From: an uncultured Christensenellaceae bacterium
GTDB lineage: Bacteria > Bacillota > Clostridia > Christensenellales > Pumilibacteraceae
Direction of reading: 5' to 3'
NCBI GenBank assembly: GCA_910587805.1
Contig: CAJUNM010000002.1
Span: forward strand, 1,857-65,856
DNA: 64,000 nucleotides
This document shows positions 1 through 9,087 of the stretch, piece after piece (the first letter of the stretch is position 1; each line of letters starts with the position of its first letter). The position numbers and the translations under genes are program-made. Under the pieces are notes generated by a model. The model was not told the DNA's origin and did no database searches. It saw only the letters and a program-made list of their open reading frames with translations.

Positions 1-1
1 A

Positions 2-1105
2 ATACTGTTTTGCGCGGTGGCGGCTTATACGTTGCAGCACATCGCGTTCGAGATTTTCGATTTTTTGGCGATAGCAATGGGGTTCAGCAATGCGGAAAAC
101 GTTATCGGCAGCGGCTCGATCGGTTTCATGATGATCTACGGCGCAAGCTCGAATACGATAAACGTAAACCCGTTCACTTTGCTTGTGTACTTGTTCGTTT
201 ACGGCATCACGTACTTTTTCGGATTTTTGTTTATACGCAGTCGCATAAAAGCGGGCGATTTCGGCGCGGATAATATCAAAACGTTCGTTATAGCCGGCGT
301 GATACTGTTTTTCGACGTAATAGTCAGTTCGGTTATCGCGGCGTACCGCGCCGTCGATTTCAGCAAGACGTACATGCTGTTTCTCGACGCGTTTAATATT
401 TTCTGCTGTTTGTTCGCGCTGTATCTGCTGTTCGACGTCGACGACAGACACAAGCTCCGAACCGATCTATACACTGTCAAGCGACTGTGGAAAGAGAAGG
501 AAGAACAGTACAATCTGAGCAAGTCCAATATCGAGCTTATCAATCAAAAGTGTCATGACTTAAAGCATCAGATCCGCACCATAGGCAAGCGCGGCGAGCT
601 TGACAAGGAAGTAGTAAAAGAAATAGAGGACGTAATATCCATTTACGATTCGCCCGTGCGCACCGATAACGAGGCGCTCGACGTTATACTTACCGAAAAG
701 AGCTTGCTTTGCAACAGTATGGGCGTCAAGCTCTGCTGTATTATCGACGGTAAAAAACTCGGGTTCATGACCGACGCCGATCTTTACGCATTGTTCGGCA
801 ATATAATAGACAATGCGATAGAGGCAGTGGAAAATCTCGACGAGGGCAAGCGCACCATCAGTCTGTCGGTCAAGGAAACGAACGGGTTTCTCGTAGTCAA
901 TATCCATAATTATTACAACGGAGTATTGCGGTTCGAGCACGACAAACTTCCGCAAACTACCAAGCGCGACAAGGCGTATCACGGTTACGGCATGAAAAGC
1001 GTAAAAATGCTGTGCGACAAGTACGGCGGCGAAATGTCCATACATACGGAAAACAGCGTTTTTAATCTCAATATCCTTTTCCCGATGCACAAGGAAAAGC
1101 GGTAA
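2..1105 (+). CDS. AgrC/ComD-type (HPK10) membrane sensor histidine kinase, probably 5'-partial at window edge
   Basis: Frame is open back to base 2. Several N-terminal TM helices. H-box HDLKHQIRTI, N-box FGNIIDNAIEA, G-box YHGYGMKSV. Confidence 0.8.
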   Translation: MLFCAVAAYTLQHIAFEIFDFLAIAMGFSNAENVIGSGSIGFMMIYGASSNTINVNPFTLLVYLFVYGITYFFGFLFIRSRIKAGDFGADNIKTFVIAGVILFFDVIVSSVIAAYRAVDFSKTYMLFLDAFNIFCCLFALYLLFDVDDRHKLRTDLYTVKRLWKEKEEQYNLSKSNIELINQKCHDLKHQIRTIGKRGELDKEVVKEIEDVISIYDSPVRTDNEALDVILTEKSLLCNSMGVKLCCIIDGKKLGFMTDADLYALFGNIIDNAIEAVENLDEGKRTISLSVKETNGFLVVNIHNYYNGVLRFEHDKLPQTTKRDKAYHGYGMKSVKMLCDKYGGEMSIHTENSVFNLNILFPMHKEKR

Positions 1106-1149
1106 AATTACGGGTTACGCCCGTAAATCGACGGGTCACGAAATTCGTA

Positions 1150-1178
1150 TTGAACTTTTTTAACTGAAAATGTATAAT
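1150..1178 (+). promoter_or_regulatory. SigA-type promoter: -35 TTGAAC, 17-nt spacer, -10 TATAAT
   Basis: Read directly: TTGAAC 1150-1155, TATAAT 1173-1178. About 70 nt upstream of the lipoprotein start. Confidence 0.5.
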
Positions 1179-1248
1179 AACGGCGTAATCTCGGATTATG
1201 TCGTTTTTATGTACGGAATCCGCAGATAAAATACATGGAGGAGAATGT

Positions 1249-4200
1249 ATGAAAAAATCCAAGTTTTTAAGCGTATTAGCCATAGTAGTTTCATGCTTGA
1301 TGGCTTTGGTCGCGTGTAAACCGACATCGACGGGGGGGGGTACAACGCCTGTCAAAAAGCCTAAAGACGGCGACGTATGTATAGAACTCGACATCAAAAA
1401 GATGCCGACTAAACTTACATATAAGGAAGGCGAAAAATTCAACCCCGCGGGGCTTTTGTTCGACGCCGTATATCAAAACGGTTTCGACGGAGATACGGGA
1501 CTCATAGGCGCGGACCTCGACGGATTCAAGCCGACGGGACCGCTCGCGGCGAGCGTTAAACAAATCGAATTGATATTCGAGGGATTCAGCAAGTTTATCG
1601 ACATAACCGTTGTTCCCAAAACTCTTACGGGAATGGAAATAACGCGCGAGCCGGACATAAAGTCTTATTTCGTGGGCGATCCGCTCGATTTATCCGGTCT
1701 CACCGTCAAGGCGACGTATGAGGAAGGCGAGGTCGAGAGCGAGATCAATTATACAGTTACGGACAAAAACGGCAAGGAATATAAGCAAGGCGATATTTTG
1801 GAAGACGCGCTCGGCGTTACCGATCTCACCGTAACCGTGAAGTCCGGCGAAGTGAGTAAATCCGATACGTTTCCCATTGCGGTCTATCGCGGTCTTACCA
1901 TCCAAGCCGAAGATTATTTCGATTCGAGCGCGGAAGGCGCGGAGAGACCGACGGATAAGAGCTATACGATTCTGCGCGGAAAAGCTATAAAAGAACTCGT
2001 CAAAACCGACTGCACTTTTACGGGCACGGGTTACATAGGCAACGTATCGCGCGGCGTAGAGATAGAGTTTAATATTTACGCCGAGGAAGCGATAGAAAAC
2101 GCCGACCTCGTACTCATGGCTTCATCCACTTGTCAAAGCAAAGACGAGCAGAAAATGGACGACATGCAGTTCAATTTGCTTTACCGTGCGTATATCGATT
2201 ACGGCGACGGCAAAGAAGAAATTTATTTCGATAACGATATAGTTATAGAGGGCAAGCCGTATCCTCCCGCAAACTCGGGCGGAAACAAATGGACGAATTG
2301 GGCGGACGTTCCGTTCGTGCGAGTCGATTTGCCGCAAGGTTATACGAAAGTAATAGTGGAGTGCATAGACTCGATAAAAGACGGCAAAGACGGTTCGGCA
2401 AGAACGCCCAACGTCGACAGGCTCGACGTGCGTGCGGTCGACGGCGACGACGAAGTGACGCGCGGCGATTACGTGACCGCAATGACGATAAAGAGCAATC
2501 CGACTAAGCTCGCGTATAAAGAGGGAGAAAAAATCGATCTCACGGGGCTTGTGTTCGATGCGGAGTACCGCAACGGCTTTGCGGGCGACAAAGATATGGG
2601 ACCCGACAGGATCAATTCGTACACACCGAGCGGCGCGCTCACGGCAAACGATAATAAGATCGTGCTCAAGTTCAAGAATTGGACGGAAGAAATTCCGATC
2701 ACGGTTGCCGCAAAGCAGATAACGAGTATCGCGCTTACACGCGAGCCGGACATTAAGGCTTACGCAAAGAACGGCAAGCTAAATCTCGGCGGGCTTATCG
2801 TGACGGCGACTTATGACGGCGGAACTACCGGAGCCGTTACGGGTTATACCGTAAAAGACAGTTCGGGCAAGGTTTATACCAACGGCATGACGCTCGATAC
2901 GGTCGGCGAAATAACTCTGACGGTAGAGTACGGCGGCAAAACGACCGCGCCGTTTACGATCACCGTTTCCGACGGGATTACCATGGAAGCGGAAACTTAT
3001 CTTGCCGAAGGGGCGGAACGTCCTACCGACGCGAGCTATATGATATTTACCAAGGGCGACGCGCGAGAGGCGACCGGCAACGGCGAAAAATGTATCGAAA
3101 ACATCACGCCCGCTTCCGCTAACAAAGCGGCGACCAAGTTTGAATTCTATATCTATTCCGATGTGGAGTATAAGGCGGCGGACATTGTTTTCGTTATGGC
3201 AAGCACCAATAACAACGGCTCGAACGTAATGGGCAATACGCCGTTCGATAAGGTGTTCAAGGTTTCGGTAGGCGACGGAGACGCCGAAAAGCAGCTCGAA
3301 ATCGATAAAAAGCTTGTAATAGGCGGCAAAGAAGTACCGAGCGGTATGAGCAGATGGTTCTTGTGGACGGAAGTCAATGTCGGAAAGACGGACATTGTCA
3401 AGGGCTTTAACAAAATAACTCTCGAATGTATCGGACAATATAAATGCGGCGACAACGCAAACAGAACGGCTAACTTCGATAAGCTCATAATCCGCGCGAA
3501 TTCCGACGTAAATACCGAGGGCAAAACGCTTAAATCTGTGTCCGTGGTAAAGGCGCGCACGTACTACGAAAAGAACGCCAAGCTTGACTATAAGAACATT
3601 CAAGTGCGCGCGGAATACACGGACGGCGCCGTAATAAGCAATGCCCATAACTTCATCGTCAAAGACTCGAGTGGAAAAGAGTATCATGACGGCGATTCGC
3701 TCGGCGCGGATAAGCGCGACATAGAGCTGTTTGCCGAGATCACGGACGGCACAAACGTAAAGCGCGACGCGTTTACGATACATGTGGCGACCGATCCCAA
3801 AATTCGCGTCGAAGCAGAAAACAGAACGATTTCCGAAAACTCGAGCTACACCGTGATAAACGGTACGGTTGGCGACAACAAGGATTGCAAGGTAAACACC
3901 AACGTCGCCAACGCGAGCGGTAAAGGTGTAATAGAGAGCATAAACAAAATCGGCTTGACGATCGACTTTATGGTGTACAGCGAATCGGCGGTGAATAATG
4001 CGGCGATCGTACTCAACGCAAGCACGCTCGACAGAGGAAGCGGCTTTAACTACGACGTCAGGTTCGACAAGCTGTTCGAGCTTTATATCGACGATGTAAA
4101 AGCAGACGTGGGCGACGCGATGATATTCGGCAGAGACGCAAACGGCGACAGCGGATGGTTCTTGTTCACCGACAGCGAGCTTTGCAATGTCAATCTCAAA

Positions 4201-4305
4201 GCGGGCTTTACCAAGATAACGCTTAAAGTTATCGGTAAAGTCAGAGACACAAACAGCGGAGTCGAGCGCGTTTCCAATATCGACAGCCTCGACATCAGAT
4301 ATTAA
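1249..4305 (+). CDS. Secreted lipoprotein with three repeats of (Ig-like x2 + CBM6/35-like carbohydrate-binding module)
   Basis: GGAGGAG RBS 1236-1243 precedes ATG 1249. Lipobox LMALVAC. Ig-like repeats TKL(T/A)YKEGEK...GL(L/V)FDA(V/E)Y(Q/R)NGF. Three CBM-like blocks start IQAEDY / MEAETY / VEAENR and end N(V/F/I)D.L(D/I)(V/I)R. Confidence 0.8.
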   Translation: MKKSKFLSVLAIVVSCLMALVACKPTSTGGGTTPVKKPKDGDVCIELDIKKMPTKLTYKEGEKFNPAGLLFDAVYQNGFDGDTGLIGADLDGFKPTGPLAASVKQIELIFEGFSKFIDITVVPKTLTGMEITREPDIKSYFVGDPLDLSGLTVKATYEEGEVESEINYTVTDKNGKEYKQGDILEDALGVTDLTVTVKSGEVSKSDTFPIAVYRGLTIQAEDYFDSSAEGAERPTDKSYTILRGKAIKELVKTDCTFTGTGYIGNVSRGVEIEFNIYAEEAIENADLVLMASSTCQSKDEQKMDDMQFNLLYRAYIDYGDGKEEIYFDNDIVIEGKPYPPANSGGNKWTNWADVPFVRVDLPQGYTKVIVECIDSIKDGKDGSARTPNVDRLDVRAVDGDDEVTRGDYVTAMTIKSNPTKLAYKEGEKIDLTGLVFDAEYRNGFAGDKDMGPDRINSYTPSGALTANDNKIVLKFKNWTEEIPITVAAKQITSIALTREPDIKAYAKNGKLNLGGLIVTATYDGGTTGAVTGYTVKDSSGKVYTNGMTLDTVGEITLTVEYGGKTTAPFTITVSDGITMEAETYLAEGAERPTDASYMIFTKGDAREATGNGEKCIENITPASANKAATKFEFYIYSDVEYKAADIVFVMASTNNNGSNVMGNTPFDKVFKVSVGDGDAEKQLEIDKKLVIGGKEVPSGMSRWFLWTEVNVGKTDIVKGFNKITLECIGQYKCGDNANRTANFDKLIIRANSDVNTEGKTLKSVSVVKARTYYEKNAKLDYKNIQVRAEYTDGAVISNAHNFIVKDSSGKEYHDGDSLGADKRDIELFAEITDGTNVKRDAFTIHVATDPKIRVEAENRTISENSSYTVINGTVGDNKDCKVNTNVANASGKGVIESINKIGLTIDFMVYSESAVNNAAIVLNASTLDRGSGFNYDVRFDKLFELYIDDVKADVGDAMIFGRDANGDSGWFLFTDSELCNVNLKAGFTKITLKVIGKVRDTNSGVERVSNIDSLDIRY

Positions 4306-4317
4306 AGGAGAGAATAT

Positions 4318-7300
4318 ATGAACAGCAATAAGAAATTCGCATTGCGCACGGGTCAAATAGTTTTTATAGCTATAGCCGTGCTCGTATGCGCGATAATGAT
4401 AACGATAGATTGCCTTTCCAATAAGTATTCCGCGATCATCTCCACATTCCTCGGCACTGCCGAGCGTTTGGAAGAGGGCGACAGCGAAAAAGTGGAGGAG
4501 AGTGCAAAGAGCGGCGACGAAGTCGTGCGCAACATCGCCAACGAAGGCGTAGTGCTCATGAAAAACGACGGTATACTGCCGCTTTCGGCAAACGAGCGCA
4601 ACGTCAATATCTTCGGCTGGGGCGCGACGGACGCGGGATTTTTGCTCGTCGGCAACGGTTCGGGGCGTTCGTACGTTCACCCCGATAACCGTGTCGGATT
4701 TTTGAAAGCGTTCACCGATAACGGGTTCAAGTACAACGAGGAAGTTATCGGCATTTACGAAAAATGGCGCAAGTCCGAGGATAAAGACTGGGGCGAATCC
4801 GCCGATTGGGGCAACAGATACAGAACCAAACTCAAAGAGCCTGTGACCGCCGAGAAATTCACGACCGACGTTGTAGGTCGAGCAAAAGAGTTTTCGGACG
4901 TTGCTATAGTCGTGCTTTCGCGCTACAGCGGCGAATACATCGGCAGGCTTTCAGCAAAGCAAATGAAGTACAACCTTCCCGACGACGAAACGCGCGGATT
5001 CGGCGAAATATCCACCGAGGAAGAGTCGCTTATTAAAATGTGCACGGCTAACTTCGGCAAAGTGATAATCATATTCAATACCGGTTCGATAATGGATATG
5101 ACGTTCCTCGACGACGAAGCTAACTTTGGCAAGATCGGCGCGGCGCTCAACGTCGGGTATATGGGGCAGTCGGGTACGACAGCTATTCCCAAGATATTGT
5201 CGGGCGAAGTGAATCCGTCGGCTAAGCTTGCGGACACTGTAGTATACAATCCCAAAGAGAACGAGATAGCGCGCATAAACGCGGACGGCAGCGATCTCGT
5301 TTACATAGAGGATATTTATCTCGGCTACAAGTTCTATGAAACGGCGGCGGTCGAAGGATACTTCGACGATAGATCGCTGTTCGGCAAGACGGGTTACGAT
5401 GCGGTCGTTCAGTTCCCGTTCGGTCACGGTTTATCGTATACGACGTTCGATTGGGAAATAGAAAAGCTTTCGCTCGAAGACGGAGCTACGCTCGAGAAAG
5501 ACAGCGAAATAGAAATCAGCGTCAAGGTCACCAATACGGGTAACGTTGCGGGCAAGGACGTAGTGGAGCTGTATTCCACGCCCGAGTATTTCGAGGGCGG
5601 AGTCGAAAAGGCGCACGTCAATCTCATAGACTTTGAAAAGACACCCATGCTCTATCCCGCGAACGAGGCGAACGACGAAAAGCCCAATTCGGCTATCGTC
5701 ACGTTTAAGCTCACGCCGTACGAGCTTGCGAGCTACGACTGCTACGGGCTTAACAACAGCGAGACCGGCGCGACGGGCTGGATACTCGATATGGGCAAGG
5801 TCGAGCTTAAGCTCATGACCGATTCGCATAATCTCAAGGCGATGAAAGACGGTAATAAAAACACGATCACGTACCATGTGCGCGATCAGATAATCCGCTA
5901 TCGCAAAGACCCGACGAGCAACGGACGCATACGCAACAGATTTACGGGCGAGTTCGCTTACGGCGATTGCGCGCTCGACGGCAGCACCCTCGGTCTCGGT
6001 TGGAAGTACATGTCGCGCAGCGATTTTGCGGGCACCGTTCCCACGACCAAATCGGGCGGAGTGACGGGCAAACTGCTCGCGCCGTACGCCGATTATCAGT
6101 ACGAGATGTACGACTATTCGGAAATGCCGAAAATGGGCGTCGACGCCAAGCAGCGGCTCGTGACCAAGGATGACGGCAGTTTTGCGGAACTCGGCGATCT
6201 CGACGGCACGAAAAAAGGCGCGAAACTGAAGTATAACGACGAACTCATATTCAAGCTCGGCAATCCCGAAAATTATGATAACGACGAGATCTGGGCGCCT
6301 TTTCTCGATCAGCTCACCAAAGACGAGCTGCGCACTATGGTCGAGGACGGCGGCTACGGCTCGCGCGCGATCGCGAGCATAGGCAAAATAATTTGGTGGG
6401 ACTACGACGGTCCGAGCGGATTCAACCGCACCAATCTTTCACCCAATGTCGAAGGCTCGAGAATGACCGCTTTCCCTGCGGAAAACCTCGTCGGTCAGTG
6501 CTGGAACAAGAAACTGCTTTATCAAGCGGGACAGATAATAGGCATGGACGGTCAAAACTTCGGTATTTCCGGAATTTACGCGCCGTGCATCAATCTTCAC
6601 CGCGAGATAATCAACGGCAGAAACTACGAATGTTACAGCGAAGACCCCGTGCTCAGCGGCTATCTCGCCGCAAACTTCTCGCTCGGCGCAAAGAGCAACG
6701 GCGTGTACGTGTATCTCAAGCACCTTGCGCTGTACGACTCCTCGCCGTATACGAGCCAACGCGTTTGGTGCACCGAACAGAACTTCCGCGAAAACTATAT
6801 GAAACCGTTTGAGATCGCCGTCAAAAAAGGCGGCGCGACGGGCGCAATGGCGTCGTTCAATAAGATCGGCGCGACTTGGGCGGGTTCAAACCAAGCGATG
6901 ATCGACGGTATCATGCGCACGGAATGGGGCTTTAAGGGCACTATCGTCACCGACTACGACGACGGCGGCGACAGCAACATGAAACTCCGCGCGGGCATAC
7001 GCGGCGGGCTTAATCTACAGCTTAACCCGCTTTACGGCGAAGCCAAAACGAACGGCAGACTCGACACGTCCGACATTACGGATATGAACCTTGCCCGCGA
7101 GAGCGCGAAGTCGATAGTTTATACGGAATGCAACGCGTATTGGTACGCGAAGAACGTCGCCGAAAAAGGCGAGTATTCGATCACTATCGAAGGTCCGAAG
7201 GTAAACCAACAGGAATTCCGTTGGTGGATATTGGTAGTCGTGTTCATCAATATAATTTCGTTCGGCTTGTTGATCTGGTGGGGGCTTATGTGCTTCTTGC

Positions 7301-7569
7301 CGCGCAAAAAGAAAGCGGCGCTCGCTGCGGCAGATGCGAACGGAGAAACGCCGTTGAACGATATAGCCGAGCTTGACGCATTTGCGTCTGAAGAAACGGC
7401 AATGCCTGTCGAGTCGACCGCCGCGCCCGATGATGCGTCAGGCGAAACTGATGCTCCGAGTGAAACGGAAACGCCCGACGAAAAAATCGAAACGTCTGAC
7501 GAAAAAGCGGAGAGCGACGAGCCTGCCGCGCCAGAAAGCAAAAAGCGTAAGACCAAGAATAACAAGTAA
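4318..7569 (+). CDS. Glycoside hydrolase family 3 (beta-glucosidase/xylosidase-like), permuted domain order, N- and C-terminal TM anchors
   Basis: The GHGLSYTTF and Fn3-like VKVTNTGNVAGKDVVELY motifs lie near aa 370-410. The catalytic-barrel motifs KHLALYD, SFNKIGATWAG and GFKGTIVTDYD lie near aa 790-890. TM helices near aa 12-34 and 965-990, followed by an acidic tail. Confidence 0.85.
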   Translation: MNSNKKFALRTGQIVFIAIAVLVCAIMITIDCLSNKYSAIISTFLGTAERLEEGDSEKVEESAKSGDEVVRNIANEGVVLMKNDGILPLSANERNVNIFGWGATDAGFLLVGNGSGRSYVHPDNRVGFLKAFTDNGFKYNEEVIGIYEKWRKSEDKDWGESADWGNRYRTKLKEPVTAEKFTTDVVGRAKEFSDVAIVVLSRYSGEYIGRLSAKQMKYNLPDDETRGFGEISTEEESLIKMCTANFGKVIIIFNTGSIMDMTFLDDEANFGKIGAALNVGYMGQSGTTAIPKILSGEVNPSAKLADTVVYNPKENEIARINADGSDLVYIEDIYLGYKFYETAAVEGYFDDRSLFGKTGYDAVVQFPFGHGLSYTTFDWEIEKLSLEDGATLEKDSEIEISVKVTNTGNVAGKDVVELYSTPEYFEGGVEKAHVNLIDFEKTPMLYPANEANDEKPNSAIVTFKLTPYELASYDCYGLNNSETGATGWILDMGKVELKLMTDSHNLKAMKDGNKNTITYHVRDQIIRYRKDPTSNGRIRNRFTGEFAYGDCALDGSTLGLGWKYMSRSDFAGTVPTTKSGGVTGKLLAPYADYQYEMYDYSEMPKMGVDAKQRLVTKDDGSFAELGDLDGTKKGAKLKYNDELIFKLGNPENYDNDEIWAPFLDQLTKDELRTMVEDGGYGSRAIASIGKIIWWDYDGPSGFNRTNLSPNVEGSRMTAFPAENLVGQCWNKKLLYQAGQIIGMDGQNFGISGIYAPCINLHREIINGRNYECYSEDPVLSGYLAANFSLGAKSNGVYVYLKHLALYDSSPYTSQRVWCTEQNFRENYMKPFEIAVKKGGATGAMASFNKIGATWAGSNQAMIDGIMRTEWGFKGTIVTDYDDGGDSNMKLRAGIRGGLNLQLNPLYGEAKTNGRLDTSDITDMNLARESAKSIVYTECNAYWYAKNVAEKGEYSITIEGPKVNQQEFRWWILVVVFINIISFGLLIWWGLMCFLPRKKKAALAAADANGETPLNDIAELDAFASEETAMPVESTAAPDDASGETDAPSETETPDEKIETSDEKAESDEPAAPESKKRKTKNNK

Positions 7570-7597
7570 CCGAAATAATATAAACCTCGATATACGG

Positions 7598-7633
7598 ATC
7601 GGCGAAGTCGTAAATGCGTCTTCGCCGATTTGT
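7598..7633 (+). terminator. Possible terminator hairpin after the GH3 gene
   Basis: 10-bp stem ATCGGCGAAG / CTTCGCCGAT (7598-7607 / 7620-7629). Only a short T tract follows. Confidence 0.45.
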
Positions 7634-7677
7634 CATGTGCGGCTATAAAAACGCAAAAAATCGGTTATATAAAACAG

Positions 7678-7706
7678 TTGATTTACTAACGGTTTTGTTG
7701 TATAAT
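7678..7706 (+). promoter_or_regulatory. SigA-type promoter: -35 TTGATT, 17 nt, -10 TATAAT
   Basis: TTGATT 7678-7683, TATAAT 7701-7706. It lies 6 nt upstream of the GTG at 7713. Confidence 0.6.
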
Positions 7707-7712
7707 ATAACC

Positions 7713-8366
7713 GTGTACGAGTGCGACTTAAAGCGCAATATTTCGAGAGTGCTCGAGCGTGTGGATAAGGCGACGCCTGCGGGCGGACGCGTTACCGTGA
7801 TCGCCGCTACCAAAACAGTACCGTCGGATATCGTGCTTATGTTGCACGGTTCGGGCATTTGCGATATAGGCGAAAACCGAGTACAGGAATACTTGAGCAA
7901 GCGCGATGCGTTTTCGGGCTTTACACGCCACTTTATAGGCACGTTACAGCGCAACAAGGCAAAGTACCTCGTCGGCGACGTTGCGCTCATTCAGTCGGTA
8001 TCGAACGCCGCGTTAATGGATACTATCGATTCGTTGGCGGCAAAGCGCGCTCTTGTGCAAGATGTTCTCGTCGAAGTCAATATCGGCGGCGAACAGTCCA
8101 AAACGGGCGCGTGCGAGGCGGATGCGGAGCGGTTGATCGAGCATGCGCGCGGACTGTGCCACGTGCGGCTGCGCGGACTTATGGCAGTGCCGCCGCGAAA
8201 CGCGGACGAGCGCATGTACGAGCGACTGTACGCAATATACCGCAAATACGAGGGCGGCAGTTTCGATACTTTGTCGGTCGGTATGAGCGGCGATTTTGAA
8301 AGAGCTATCGCGCACGGCGGAAACATGGTGCGGATAGGCACTGCGCTGTTCGGTAAACGCGCATGA
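7713..8366 (+). CDS. yggS: YggS/YlmE-family pyridoxal-phosphate homeostasis protein
   Basis: Motifs ATKTV, GENRVQE, FIGTLQRNKAKY, GMSGDFE, VRIGTALFG. Start set at GTG 7713 because ATG 7614 lies upstream of the promoter. The start is less certain than the gene call. Confidence 0.8.
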   Translation: MYECDLKRNISRVLERVDKATPAGGRVTVIAATKTVPSDIVLMLHGSGICDIGENRVQEYLSKRDAFSGFTRHFIGTLQRNKAKYLVGDVALIQSVSNAALMDTIDSLAAKRALVQDVLVEVNIGGEQSKTGACEADAERLIEHARGLCHVRLRGLMAVPPRNADERMYERLYAIYRKYEGGSFDTLSVGMSGDFERAIAHGGNMVRIGTALFGKRA

Positions 8367-8410
8367 GCAAGCGTCAGACAAACGATTAAGAAAATCAAAG
8401 GCGGTAACAA

Positions 8411-8989
8411 ATGGACGACGATCGCGAGGCATTCTTCAGAAGAGCGAGCAATTGGCACGGCGGCGAGCCTGAGTCGTGGGAAAAGACCCACGACGAGTTC
8501 GGCAATTATATAGGTTCGGGACGTTCGGGCAACGTGCCGCCGCCGTTTAACGCGCCGCCCGCATCGCCGCAGCCGAACGCCGCGCCGCCGTTTCAACAAA
8601 CGTACGGCGGAAACGCGACGTCGGTCGAGCGCGAGATAAACAGCAAAGTCAACTTCAACGGCTATACCGCGCCGCCCAAAGCGGAAAAAGAAAAAGCGCA
8701 GCCGATGGATCTGTCGGACATGGGCAAGTACATTCCGCCCGACGTTTACGACAACTTCATTATCTACCGTCCGCAAAACTCGGCGGACGTCGAAAAACTC
8801 ATAGACTACTTGCGCAGTCGCAAGCCTGCGATAGTCGACCTCGATCCCATATGCGATTCGCCCGACGCTCAGCGGGTTTTGGACTTTACGTCCGGCGCGG
8901 TGTACGCGCTCGGCGGTAAGATCGCGGCGATCAAACCCAATCTTTTCTTGATAGTTTCGGACAAAGGAAAAATATCTCAATCGGATTAA
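8411..8989 (+). CDS. sepF: Cell division protein SepF
   Basis: C-terminal SepF core YRPQNSADVEKLIDYLRSRKPAIVDL...AQRVLDFTSGAVYALGG. It follows yggS as in B. subtilis ylmE-ylmF. Confidence 0.85.
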   Translation: MDDDREAFFRRASNWHGGEPESWEKTHDEFGNYIGSGRSGNVPPPFNAPPASPQPNAAPPFQQTYGGNATSVEREINSKVNFNGYTAPPKAEKEKAQPMDLSDMGKYIPPDVYDNFIIYRPQNSADVEKLIDYLRSRKPAIVDLDPICDSPDAQRVLDFTSGAVYALGGKIAAIKPNLFLIVSDKGKISQSD

Positions 8990-9087
8990 CAAGCGCCTGC
9001 TTTGCTCGTGTCGCTTGCTCGACAGACGCTGAAAAAAGGCAGGATATAAACACCAAAGACCCAATAGGACATTTTTTCGGAGCAACC

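Noticed and set aside
2779-4680. 633-aa ORF on the minus strand, antisense to the CBM lipoprotein and GH3 genes.
   Set aside because: Arg/Ala/Val-rich composition with no motifs. It fully overlaps two well-supported + strand genes. It is a typical stop-free antisense frame caused by codon bias.
7614-7712. Longer yggS ORF starting at ATG 7614.
   Set aside because: The extension (MRLRRFVMCGYKNAKNRLYK...) overlaps the GH3 terminator hairpin and a consensus promoter. YggS homology begins near the GTG at 7713.
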